In this document: positions 38,595 to 47,279 of the stretch, one piece after another
Numbering within the stretch: the stretch's first letter is position 1
Layout of the letters: every line of letters begins with the position of its first letter
Origin: an uncultured Bacteroidota bacterium
Lineage (GTDB): Bacteria > Bacteroidota > Bacteroidia > UBA4408
Length of the DNA: 64,000 nt
Direction of reading: 5' to 3'
Assembly: GCA_903831265.1 (NCBI GenBank)
Contig: CAIKXD010000276.1
Location: 21,998 to 85,997, forward strand
Translations under genes and position numbers: made by a program
The notes under the pieces: model-generated
What the model was told of the DNA's origin: nothing
What the model saw: only the letters and a program-made list of their open reading frames with translations
Databases searched by the model: none

Positions 38595-39914
38595 ATGAAA
38601 AAATTAAACAATCTATATATCACCATTTTATTTTGCTCATTTAACTTGGGCATTTCAATAAATACAATTGCCCAAAATCCAACTCCTGCCAAACCTCAAA
38701 CTAAAAGCATTTTAATAAATGGCGGCACAGTTCACGATGGACTTGGCAAAGTGTATAACGATGCCTCTGTTGGTTTTAAAGATGGTAAGATTATCTATTT
38801 ATCATACGTTAATCAAGCAGAATCTAAGCAAATTTGGGATACAATAATTGATGCTAAAGGAAAGCATGTTTACCCAGGTTTAATAGCACTTAATACTTAT
38901 TTAGGATTAGCTGAAATTGAAGCCATTAGGGCGATGAATGACTATGCAGAAGTTGGTGATAATAATCCAAGTGCAAGATCAATAATTGCCTACAATACCG
39001 ATAGCAAAGTAACGCCAACTGTGCGTTCCAATGGAATTCTGATGGCCCAAATTACACCTCAGGGTGGTCTTATCAGCGGTAGCTCATCTATTGTAAATTT
39101 AGATGCCTGGAATTGGGAAGATGCAGCCTATAAAACAGATGAAGGAATACATGTTAATTGGCCAAGCATGCGCGTATATTTTGGAAATGGTACTGAACAA
39201 GAGGAATTTGAAAAGAAACAAAAGGAAAGAATTAGTAAAGAATTAGAAAGCATTGAAAATCTCTTTGACAATGCCTATGCTTATCAGTTAACTGCAAAAC
39301 CAGAAAGTAAAAATTTAAACTTTGAAGCCATGCGTGGCCTCTTTAATGGAACTAAAAAATTATACATTCATGCCGATTATGTAAAAGAAATTATAGCGGC
39401 CATTAATTTATGTAACAAATTTAAAATACAATTTGTACTTGTTGGCGCGGCTGATGCAGGTTTAGTATTAAATTTATTAAAAGACAATAATGTGCCTATA
39501 ATCCTCGGAAAAACGCATGCCTTACCAAACCGTGATGATGAAGCTATTGATGCTGCTTTTACATTACCCAAAAAACTGAAAGATGCAGGTATATTATTTG
39601 CCTTAAGTTGTGACGGATTTTGGCAGGTGCGAAATTTACCGTTTATGGCTGGAACTGCAGCTGCATATGGTCTTTCGAAAGAAGATGCTTTAAGTACAAT
39701 TACCTATAATGCAGCACAAATTGCAGGTATAGATCAACAAGTGGGCAGTATTGCAAATGGAAAAGATGCCACTATTTTAATATGCAATGGCGACCTATTG
39801 GACATGAAAAGTAGCACCATCAAAAACGCTTTTATTCAAGGCAGATTAATTGATATTGATAACATTCAACATCAACTGTATGAGAAATATAAGAAAAAAT
39901 ATGAATTAAAATAA
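38595..39914 (+). CDS. Amidohydrolase-family protein, partner of the upstream gene
   Basis: IDAKGKHVYPGLI, TPTVRSNGIL, RNLPFMAG.A.AYGL, GSIANGKDAT. Confidence 0.85.
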   Translation: MKKLNNLYITILFCSFNLGISINTIAQNPTPAKPQTKSILINGGTVHDGLGKVYNDASVGFKDGKIIYLSYVNQAESKQIWDTIIDAKGKHVYPGLIALNTYLGLAEIEAIRAMNDYAEVGDNNPSARSIIAYNTDSKVTPTVRSNGILMAQITPQGGLISGSSSIVNLDAWNWEDAAYKTDEGIHVNWPSMRVYFGNGTEQEEFEKKQKERISKELESIENLFDNAYAYQLTAKPESKNLNFEAMRGLFNGTKKLYIHADYVKEIIAAINLCNKFKIQFVLVGAADAGLVLNLLKDNNVPIILGKTHALPNRDDEAIDAAFTLPKKLKDAGILFALSCDGFWQVRNLPFMAGTAAAYGLSKEDALSTITYNAAQIAGIDQQVGSIANGKDATILICNGDLLDMKSSTIKNAFIQGRLIDIDNIQHQLYEKYKKKYELK

Positions 39915-39968
39915 GGCTGTTTAGATTTTATTGTAACTACCTTGCACCCAAAATTTATTCGTTGAATT

Positions 39969-40511
39969 ATGGATCAAGTACCCGAAATGCCCATTGTAAG
40001 CTTTATGCAATCATTTTTAAATTTGCAAGCATTGGCTTATAGTGCTTACTTAAAGCAAGACATCAGAAAGTTAAATCCTTTGGTTGATGAATTGAATAGC
40101 TATGGCAATCAACATTTACAAGATCAGTTTGGTGTAGCCTACCAAAAAAAGACAGATACAGCAGTGGCAAGTTTATATGAAAATGAGGATATGGAATGTG
40201 CTCCTGCCCTATTATTCATGATAAAAAAATACAATTACCATCAATTTGGAAAGGTTTATCGCGCCTACGTATCAGCTATAAATCCGCACAAAAAAAGTTT
40301 TTCTAAATGTTATTTTATCATTCAAAACAAAGAAAAACTTCTCATTATTGCTCAATATTCATTTATCGAAAACCGAAAAAAACACCAACCAGAATGGGAA
40401 AATAATGGTGGTGAAGATATTACTATTGCACGATTAGGAAAGGCAATTGAAACAATTAAAATTACACCTCCTTTAGACAACCCTTTACATTTAAAAGAAT
40501 ACGAAATTTAA
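39969..40511 (+). CDS. Hypothetical protein
   Basis: 180-aa ORF filling the intergenic space; no recognised motif. Confidence 0.6.
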   Translation: MDQVPEMPIVSFMQSFLNLQALAYSAYLKQDIRKLNPLVDELNSYGNQHLQDQFGVAYQKKTDTAVASLYENEDMECAPALLFMIKKYNYHQFGKVYRAYVSAINPHKKSFSKCYFIIQNKEKLLIIAQYSFIENRKKHQPEWENNGGEDITIARLGKAIETIKITPPLDNPLHLKEYEI

Positions 40512-40512
40512 A

Positions 40513-41748
40513 TTACTCAAAGTCTTCGTAAAGCAAATATTTCTTTCTTATTTGTTTAAAGTCTTTGAGCTCTTTTTGCCAAGTTGCTTTAATTTGTTTA
40601 TCTGTAAAACCCTGTGTGATCTGTGCCTGTAGCAACTCATTACCTGCCAACCTTTTAAAAAACGAATTAAAAAACAATTCTTTATTTGGAAAATTAGCAT
40701 ACGCATTTAATAAAATATCAAGTTGAATTCCATCCTGCAAACTATCAGATAAATCATTATTGTTACTTAAATCAAACCCAAAACAAACTTCATTCATAAA
40801 TGGCGGATTAACAGCACCGATGATACTTTTAGGAACAAACGAAGTTTCACTATTTAAAAGCAATGGATGTCCATATTGCTGAAAGGGCTTGTTGGTGCCT
40901 CTTCCTACGCTTATTGCAGTACCTTCAAAAAAACACAAGGTTGGATATAGAGAAACGGCTCTTTGGTTTGGTAAATTTGGAGATGGACTTACTGGTAGCA
41001 CATACCTACTTTTATGCGTATAGCCTTTGCAATTAATTACAGTTAATTTACATTGCAAATTGTTACCCAACCATTTTTCGTTATTAACCATTTGTGCATA
41101 TTCTCCAATAGTCATTCCATGAACTACTGGTACTTTATGCATACCAACAAATGAAGCAAAAGAATCTTGTAAAACAGGACCATCAATATAAAATCCGTTA
41201 GGGTTGGGCCTATCAAGCACCACTAATGGTATATTTTGTTCAGCGCATGCCTGCATTACGTAGTGCATTGTGCTGATATAAGTATAAAAACGCGCTCCTA
41301 CATCTTGTAGGTCAAACAAAATAAGTTCAATATTTTCTAAATCTTTTACTGCAGGTTTTTTATTATTACCATAAAGAGATTTAACTGCAATTCCAGTTTT
41401 GGCATCTACGTCATCGGCAATTTTTTCTCCCGCGCTCCCAATACCTCTAAATCCGTGTTCGGGGCAAAAAACCTTCGTTACTTTTATTTCTAAGTTCACC
41501 AAGGTATCGAGTAAATGCTTTCCATTAACTAAAGAGGTTTGATTGCCCACTAAAGCAATTTCTTTATTTTTCAATAAAGGTAAATAGTCTTGCATACTTT
41601 CTGCACCTACTATTATTTTTGACTGTGAGTATAATTTAGTTGAATTGTATAAAAAAAAAATCATTCCTAACAACATCAATTTTGTAAGAGCTTTGCTTGA
41701 ATTTATCGTACTTTTAAAAATCACCTTTAATATTTTTATCGACTCCAA
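40513..41748 (-). CDS. Exo-beta-N-acetylmuramidase NamZ family (DUF1343/YbbC); true start probably downstream
   Basis: VGNQTS, F.PEHGFRG, SLYG, FDLQDVGARFYTYISTM, VLDRPNP, HGMTIGE, PSPNLP, SVGRGT, RKKYLLY. Confidence 0.92.
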   Translation of the reverse strand: MESIKILKVIFKSTINSSKALTKLMLLGMIFFLYNSTKLYSQSKIIVGAESMQDYLPLLKNKEIALVGNQTSLVNGKHLLDTLVNLEIKVTKVFCPEHGFRGIGSAGEKIADDVDAKTGIAVKSLYGNNKKPAVKDLENIELILFDLQDVGARFYTYISTMHYVMQACAEQNIPLVVLDRPNPNGFYIDGPVLQDSFASFVGMHKVPVVHGMTIGEYAQMVNNEKWLGNNLQCKLTVINCKGYTHKSRYVLPVSPSPNLPNQRAVSLYPTLCFFEGTAISVGRGTNKPFQQYGHPLLLNSETSFVPKSIIGAVNPPFMNEVCFGFDLSNNNDLSDSLQDGIQLDILLNAYANFPNKELFFNSFFKRLAGNELLQAQITQGFTDKQIKATWQKELKDFKQIRKKYLLYEDFE

Positions 41749-41792
41749 TGTTAAGAATTTATTACCAATGCGTGAAATAATTATGATTAACC

Positions 41793-41800
41793 TATATTTG
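41793..41800 (+). promoter_or_regulatory. -7 promoter element for the Lys-rich gene/ppk1/mnmD-like operon
   Basis: TATATTTG 21 bp before the ATG at 41822. Confidence 0.55.
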
Positions 41801-41821
41801 CAAACTTAAATAAAAAACCTG

Positions 41822-42265
41822 ATGGAAAAGAATCAAAAGAAAGACTTAGAACACTCGCTAATAAAGCAAACTGAAAAAATATTCTTCGAAATAGACCCTG
41901 CAACCACGGTTGTATTTTCTAAAAACCTGAGGAATCATTGCAAAGATTTGGCCAAAAAATTTATAAAAACGCAAAAAAAATTAAAAAAACAGTTAGAAGA
42001 AATAACCTCTAACGCTCCTGTAAAGATTGCAACCAATTTAAAAAAGGATGTTGAAGTATTAGAAAGTAAACCAAAATTGCCTATTAAAAAATCGGCTCCA
42101 TTAAAAAAAATTACACCAAAAAAAGCTCCTGCAAAGACCAATGCAGTGGCTTCAACTAAACAAAAACGAGTACGCAGAGGAAACAATTTGAGTAATGCTG
42201 CAGTGGTGCAAAAAAAAGCAATGGCCACTTTAGCAAAAAACATCAATAAAACTGCAAAAAAATAG
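41822..42265 (+). CDS. Lysine-rich hypothetical protein with histone H1-like C-terminal half
   Basis: About 34 Lys in 147 aa; KPKLPIKKSAPLKKITPKKAPAK; 12 bp upstream of ppk1. Confidence 0.7.
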   Translation: MEKNQKKDLEHSLIKQTEKIFFEIDPATTVVFSKNLRNHCKDLAKKFIKTQKKLKKQLEEITSNAPVKIATNLKKDVEVLESKPKLPIKKSAPLKKITPKKAPAKTNAVASTKQKRVRRGNNLSNAAVVQKKAMATLAKNINKTAKK

Positions 42266-42277
42266 TCTTTTCGGCAT

Positions 42278-44329
42278 ATGAAAGTAACAATGATTAATAG
42301 GGATATTAGCTGGCTATCTTTTAATGCAAGGGTGTTACAAGAAGCTGCTGACAAAACCTTACCTATAATTGAGAGGATAAAATTTCTTGGAATTTTTTCG
42401 AATAACTTAGATGAGTTTTTTAGGGTGCGTGTTGGCACTTATAAAAGAATGATTAATTTAGGTAAAAACGCCAGATACTATATTGGTGAAAATCCCGCGA
42501 AGGTGCTCCAAAAAATTCAATCGATTGTTGTTACACATCAAAAGGAATTTGATAGAATTTTTGCTGAAATTCTATTAGAATTAAAGCAAAAAAATATATT
42601 TATTTTAGATGAAAAATCGCTAAGTAAAAGTCAAGGTTCATTTGTAAAAAACTACTTTAAGGAAATGGTGCGCCCAATGTTGGTGCCAATAATGATACAA
42701 CACACCAACAAGCTTCCCTCCCTGCGCGATAAATCAATTTACTTAGCTGTTAAATTATCGCACAAGGTTAAAAATAAGGATTCTAGATATGCACTTATTC
42801 AGGTGCCTGATGATTTGCCCCGTTTTGTGCAACTTCCATCAAGTGATAAAAAAGAAGAAACATGTATTATATTATTAGATGATGTAATAAGATTTTGCTT
42901 AGAGGATATTTTCTTTGTATTTAACTATGATACCTATGGTGCATATACCATAAAATTAACAAGAGATGCTGAACTAGATATTGACAGCGACTTATCAAAA
43001 AGCATCACTGAAAAAATATCTAAAAGTTTAAAGCAACGCAAAATAGGCGAGCCTGTGCGCTTGGTTTACGACAGTCAAATTCCTAAAGATATGCTTGATT
43101 TTCTTACAAAAAGTATGAAAATTGATAAAAATCAAGCCTTGCTTCCGGGCGGACGGTACCACAACTTTAAAGACTTTATGCAGTTTCCAAAGGTTGGAGT
43201 TAGTGAACTTGTAAACACCCCGCTGCCTATACTCGAACATCCCAAATTAAAGGGAAATAAAAGCATGTTTGAAGTTTTAAAAAAAGGCGATATTCTACTT
43301 ACATTTCCTTACCAAAGCTTCGATCATATTATTGATTTTTTAAGGGAAGCAGCTATTGATCCTGCGGTTACCTCCATAAAAATAACGTTATACAGAGCAG
43401 CACGAAATTCAAAAATAATTAATGCTTTGGTTAATGCGCTTCAAAACGGGAAGGCTGTAACCGCCGTGGTTGAGTTACAAGCAAGATTTGATGAACAAGC
43501 AAATTTAAACTTAGCTAATAAACTACAAGACGAAGGAGCTACTTTGATATATGGTGTACCAGGATTAAAAGTGCATTCTAAAGTAATTTATATTAGCAGA
43601 AAAGAAGGCACTAAAACTGTAAGCTACGCACATATTGGCACGGGCAATTTCAATGAGTCTACAGCAAAAGTATATAGCGATTTTAGTTTGTTTACCAGCG
43701 ATATCAGAATTACATCAGAGGTAGAAAAAGTGTTTCATTTTTTTAAAAATAACTACAAGACGGGCACTTATAAAAGCCTTCTGGTGGCGCCATTTTTTAT
43801 GCGAAATAGAATACTAAAGTTAATACAAAATGAAATAAAAAATGCCAAAGCAAAAAAGCCTGCCCTAATTCAATTAAAACTAAACAGCCTTACCGACGAA
43901 GAATTAATAAAAAAATTATATGCTGCAAGCAATGCAGGTGTTAAAATTCAATTAATAATTCGTGGTATTTGTTCCCTTGTAGCAGGTGTTAAAGGCATGA
44001 GCGAAAACATTGAAGCAATTAGTTTAGTTGACACCTATTTAGAGCACGCTAGAAGTATGTTATTTCACAATAATGGCAACGAATTAGTTTACATTTCATC
44101 GGCCGATTGGATGATAAGGAATTTGGATTTTAGAACAGAAGTGGCTTGCCCTATTTATGATCTTTCGCTAAAAAATGAAATCAAAAAAATATTTGATATC
44201 CAGTGGAACGGAAGTACCAAAGTAAGAATTTTAAACGAGAAACAGGACAATCCATATCGCCAAGCTCCAGACGGAATAAAGAAAAGAGCGCAACTAGAAA
44301 TTTATAAATACCTTGCTGCAAAAAAGTAA
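42278..44329 (+). CDS. ppk1: Polyphosphate kinase 1
   Basis: NRDISWLSFNARVLQEA, FSNNLDEFFRVRV, IKITLYR, VELQARFDE, LKVHSK, HIGTGNFN, SSADWM.RNLD.R.E. Confidence 0.97.
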   Translation: MKVTMINRDISWLSFNARVLQEAADKTLPIIERIKFLGIFSNNLDEFFRVRVGTYKRMINLGKNARYYIGENPAKVLQKIQSIVVTHQKEFDRIFAEILLELKQKNIFILDEKSLSKSQGSFVKNYFKEMVRPMLVPIMIQHTNKLPSLRDKSIYLAVKLSHKVKNKDSRYALIQVPDDLPRFVQLPSSDKKEETCIILLDDVIRFCLEDIFFVFNYDTYGAYTIKLTRDAELDIDSDLSKSITEKISKSLKQRKIGEPVRLVYDSQIPKDMLDFLTKSMKIDKNQALLPGGRYHNFKDFMQFPKVGVSELVNTPLPILEHPKLKGNKSMFEVLKKGDILLTFPYQSFDHIIDFLREAAIDPAVTSIKITLYRAARNSKIINALVNALQNGKAVTAVVELQARFDEQANLNLANKLQDEGATLIYGVPGLKVHSKVIYISRKEGTKTVSYAHIGTGNFNESTAKVYSDFSLFTSDIRITSEVEKVFHFFKNNYKTGTYKSLLVAPFFMRNRILKLIQNEIKNAKAKKPALIQLKLNSLTDEELIKKLYAASNAGVKIQLIIRGICSLVAGVKGMSENIEAISLVDTYLEHARSMLFHNNGNELVYISSADWMIRNLDFRTEVACPIYDLSLKNEIKKIFDIQWNGSTKVRILNEKQDNPYRQAPDGIKKRAQLEIYKYLAAKK

Positions 44330-44344
44330 TTAATTCCTTTTTAT

Positions 44345-45031
44345 GTGAATTTATTTCCCCGTGCCGAACATTTTATTACTGCTGATGGATCTAGTACACT
44401 TATACTTCCTGGACTCAATGAGCAATACCATTCTATCCACGGAGCCATTCAGGAAAGCAATATTGTTTACATTCAAAATGGCTTCAACTATTCAGAAGTA
44501 GCTGACATAAATATTTTAGAAATAGGCTTCGGAACAGGATTAAATTGTTTACTAACCTATACCTCTTTTATTAACTCAAAAAGTTGCAAAAGCGTTAACT
44601 ACACTGCTATTGAACCTTTACCTATCCCCTTCGATTTATTAGAAAAACTGAATTATAAAAATGAGATTAATTCCTTCAAAATAAATGATGTTTTTAGGCA
44701 AATACATAGCTCAATTTCTAACGAAAAAATACAAATTACAGATCATTTTTCATTTACTTTAATTAGCTCAACGGTTCAAGAATTTCAGGATTCGGAAGCA
44801 AAATATGATGTTATTTACTTTGATGCATTTGGCCCCGATACACAGCCTGAAATGTGGTCTTTTGCTATTTTTGAAAAAATGTACTCTTTATTAAAACCCA
44901 ATGGCATATTAGTTACTTACTGCGCAAAAGGAGCTGTAAAAAGGTTATTAAAATCGGTAGGATTTAAAGTTGAAAATTTACCGGGACCTCCGGGAAAAAG
45001 AGAAATTACAAGAGGCCTAAAGCAAATTTAA
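44345..45031 (+). CDS. mnmD: tRNA mnm5s2U34 methyltransferase (stand-alone MnmC methyltransferase domain, MnmD-like)
   Basis: TADGS.T, EQYHS.HGA.QES, ILEIGFGTGLN, YFDAFGP..QPEMW, TYCAKG, LPGPPGKRE. Confidence 0.85.
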   Translation: MNLFPRAEHFITADGSSTLILPGLNEQYHSIHGAIQESNIVYIQNGFNYSEVADINILEIGFGTGLNCLLTYTSFINSKSCKSVNYTAIEPLPIPFDLLEKLNYKNEINSFKINDVFRQIHSSISNEKIQITDHFSFTLISSTVQEFQDSEAKYDVIYFDAFGPDTQPEMWSFAIFEKMYSLLKPNGILVTYCAKGAVKRLLKSVGFKVENLPGPPGKREITRGLKQI

Positions 45032-45332
45032 TATGCAAAAACCAATCTCTCAAAACTAATTCATGCAAAGCATTTAGCTTTAACCCTAATTGCGAATTAG
45101 AAATCTACTCAATTCATTTTGATTCAACCTAGAGCGCTTAATCCCATTTAAAATTTCAAAACAGCTCGCTTTTATATAATCCAAAAAAGTCCGTGAGTAC
45201 CTGATATTATTGCAAAATTTTGCCGACCAACAATACCTGGTAAACAATTTGAGCTTAAGCTTGAATTTGGGCTTTCTCAGATTAATTTTATTCCTATATT
45301 TGAGTCATAAACATTCCCTAAATTTGAGTTAA

Positions 45333-46340
45333 ATGGTCTATTCGAGATATTTATTTGCCTGTATCCCTTCTTTTCTATGCCTTATTGGAAATTTCTTTGG
45401 AGGGTTTTATAGTGGTCTAAATATTTTTTATTCGATGCTGTTATTGCCTTTGGCAGAATGGTTTTTGCACAATGAAAATAAAAAAAACGAGCATAATGAA
45501 GACGAATTAATGCCAACCTTAATCCTTATTTTAATTAGCTTTTTGCATCTAACAGTAACGCTAAGCTTGCTTTATGGCGTTTTCTGCAATAAACTTACCG
45601 GAATATTTATAATTATTGCTGCAATTTCATCTGGTGTAAATGCTGGCACCAATGGCGTAGTGGTTGCCCACGAACTTATTCACAGAAAAAATTTTATTTT
45701 GCGCGCACTAGGTATTTTAAATTTAATTCAAGTGAATTACGGACACTTTTACATAGAGCATATTAAAGGCCATCACAAATATGTTGGAACGCAAGCCGAT
45801 CCTGCCACCGCAATGTATGGCGAAAGTTTATACAAATTTGTGATGCGTACCATTCCAGGACAATTTTTAAGTGCCTTTTCATTAGAACAAAAACGTTTGT
45901 TCGACAAAAATCTGAGTCAGTTTAAAAACTTTGTGCTTGTTATCTCTTTTGTTGAATTAATGATAGTAGTTACAATTTTCTTAATTTTTGGGATTGAGCT
46001 GCTACTAGCCTACATGCTTTATAGCTTTGTTGCTATTTTTCTTTTAGAATATGTAAATTATATTGAGCACTATGGCTTAAAAAGAGATGACAATAAAAAA
46101 TTTGAAGCGCATCATGCATGGCAAAGCAATAAAATTACCAGTAGGTTAGGATTGATAGAACTTTCCCGTCATGCCGACCATCATATGAAAGCATCAAAGC
46201 CTTATCATACACTTAATACACACGACGGATATTATTTACCCTCAGGATATTTTGGGATGTTTTATATTGCGCTTATGCCAAAAATTTGGTTTAAAATAAT
46301 TCATCCAATTATTGATGATAACAGAAATAAATTTAATTAA
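45333..46340 (+). CDS. alkB: Alkane 1-monooxygenase (AlkB-like membrane di-iron hydroxylase)
   Basis: His boxes AHELIH, EHIKGHH, NYIEHYG, LSRHADHH; DPATA..GE; LPSGY; TATATTTG promoter element at 45295-45302. Confidence 0.88.
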   Translation: MVYSRYLFACIPSFLCLIGNFFGGFYSGLNIFYSMLLLPLAEWFLHNENKKNEHNEDELMPTLILILISFLHLTVTLSLLYGVFCNKLTGIFIIIAAISSGVNAGTNGVVVAHELIHRKNFILRALGILNLIQVNYGHFYIEHIKGHHKYVGTQADPATAMYGESLYKFVMRTIPGQFLSAFSLEQKRLFDKNLSQFKNFVLVISFVELMIVVTIFLIFGIELLLAYMLYSFVAIFLLEYVNYIEHYGLKRDDNKKFEAHHAWQSNKITSRLGLIELSRHADHHMKASKPYHTLNTHDGYYLPSGYFGMFYIALMPKIWFKIIHPIIDDNRNKFN

Positions 46341-46362
46341 ATTTAAACATTAAAATTTACCC

Positions 46363-46851
46363 ATGCCATCATTTGACATTGTTAATAAAATAGACATTCA
46401 AACACTAGACAACGCTATTAATGTAGCAAGAAAAGACATCACAAGTAGGTACGATTTTAAAGGCTCAAAAAGCACTATTGAGCTAGATAAAAAACTACTA
46501 TGTATTGATATACTAACCGAAAGTGAAATGAGAATTGAAGCCATTGAAGATACCATAAGAAGTAGAATGATTAAGCAAGGACTTAATCCTTTAGCTTTAG
46601 ATTTTGGCAAGGAACAATATGCCTCTGGAAACCTGTTAAAAAAAGACATTAAAATTAAACAAGGCATTGATAAAGAAACTGCTAAAAAGATTGTAAAGCA
46701 CATTAAAGATTTAAAACTAAAGGTTGAAGCACAAATTATGGATGAGCAAGTGCGCGTTACCGGAAAAAAAATAGATGAACTACAAGCCGTAATTAGCAGT
46801 GTTAGAGCCGCTAACTTTGAAATACCTGTGCAATTTGTAAACATGAAATAA
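46363..46851 (+). CDS. yajQ: YajQ family cyclic-di-GMP/nucleotide-binding protein
   Basis: MPSFDIV, RYDFKGS, QGIDKE.AKKIVK.IKD.KLKV.AQI, VRVTGKKID.LQ. Confidence 0.95.
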   Translation: MPSFDIVNKIDIQTLDNAINVARKDITSRYDFKGSKSTIELDKKLLCIDILTESEMRIEAIEDTIRSRMIKQGLNPLALDFGKEQYASGNLLKKDIKIKQGIDKETAKKIVKHIKDLKLKVEAQIMDEQVRVTGKKIDELQAVISSVRAANFEIPVQFVNMK

Positions 46852-46856
46852 TAAAA

Positions 46857-47261
46857 ATGAAAAAATACATAGTAGTATACATAGTTGCATTTATAAGCCA
46901 ATTTATTGATGCCAAAGCACAAACAAAAGAACCTTATAACGACAAGCAAAATATTGCTGTAGTAACAGAACAAGAGCCATTTTACCCGAAGGGTGATTGG
47001 GAACTATACAAATATGTTTTAAACGAAGTAAAATATAGCGATGAGGCCAAACAAAAATTGATTGAAGGTGAAGTGATGCTTAGTTTTGATGTTTTGCCCG
47101 ACAGTACTATTAGCAATACCAATGTGATTAGTGGCGTTTGCTGCGGTATTAATGAAGAAGTTCAAAGAGTAGTTAAAGCACTAAAATTTGCCCCTGCCAT
47201 GCAAAACGGAATTAAAATGCGTATGAATGTGATGATGAATTTTCCTGTTAAAGCACATTAA
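46857..47261 (+). CDS. TonB C-terminal domain protein
   Basis: P.YP.G, Y..EAK...IEGEV.LSF.V, F.PAMQNG. Confidence 0.8.
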   Translation: MKKYIVVYIVAFISQFIDAKAQTKEPYNDKQNIAVVTEQEPFYPKGDWELYKYVLNEVKYSDEAKQKLIEGEVMLSFDVLPDSTISNTNVISGVCCGINEEVQRVVKALKFAPAMQNGIKMRMNVMMNFPVKAH

Positions 47262-47279
47262 AATATATTACAGCAGCTT

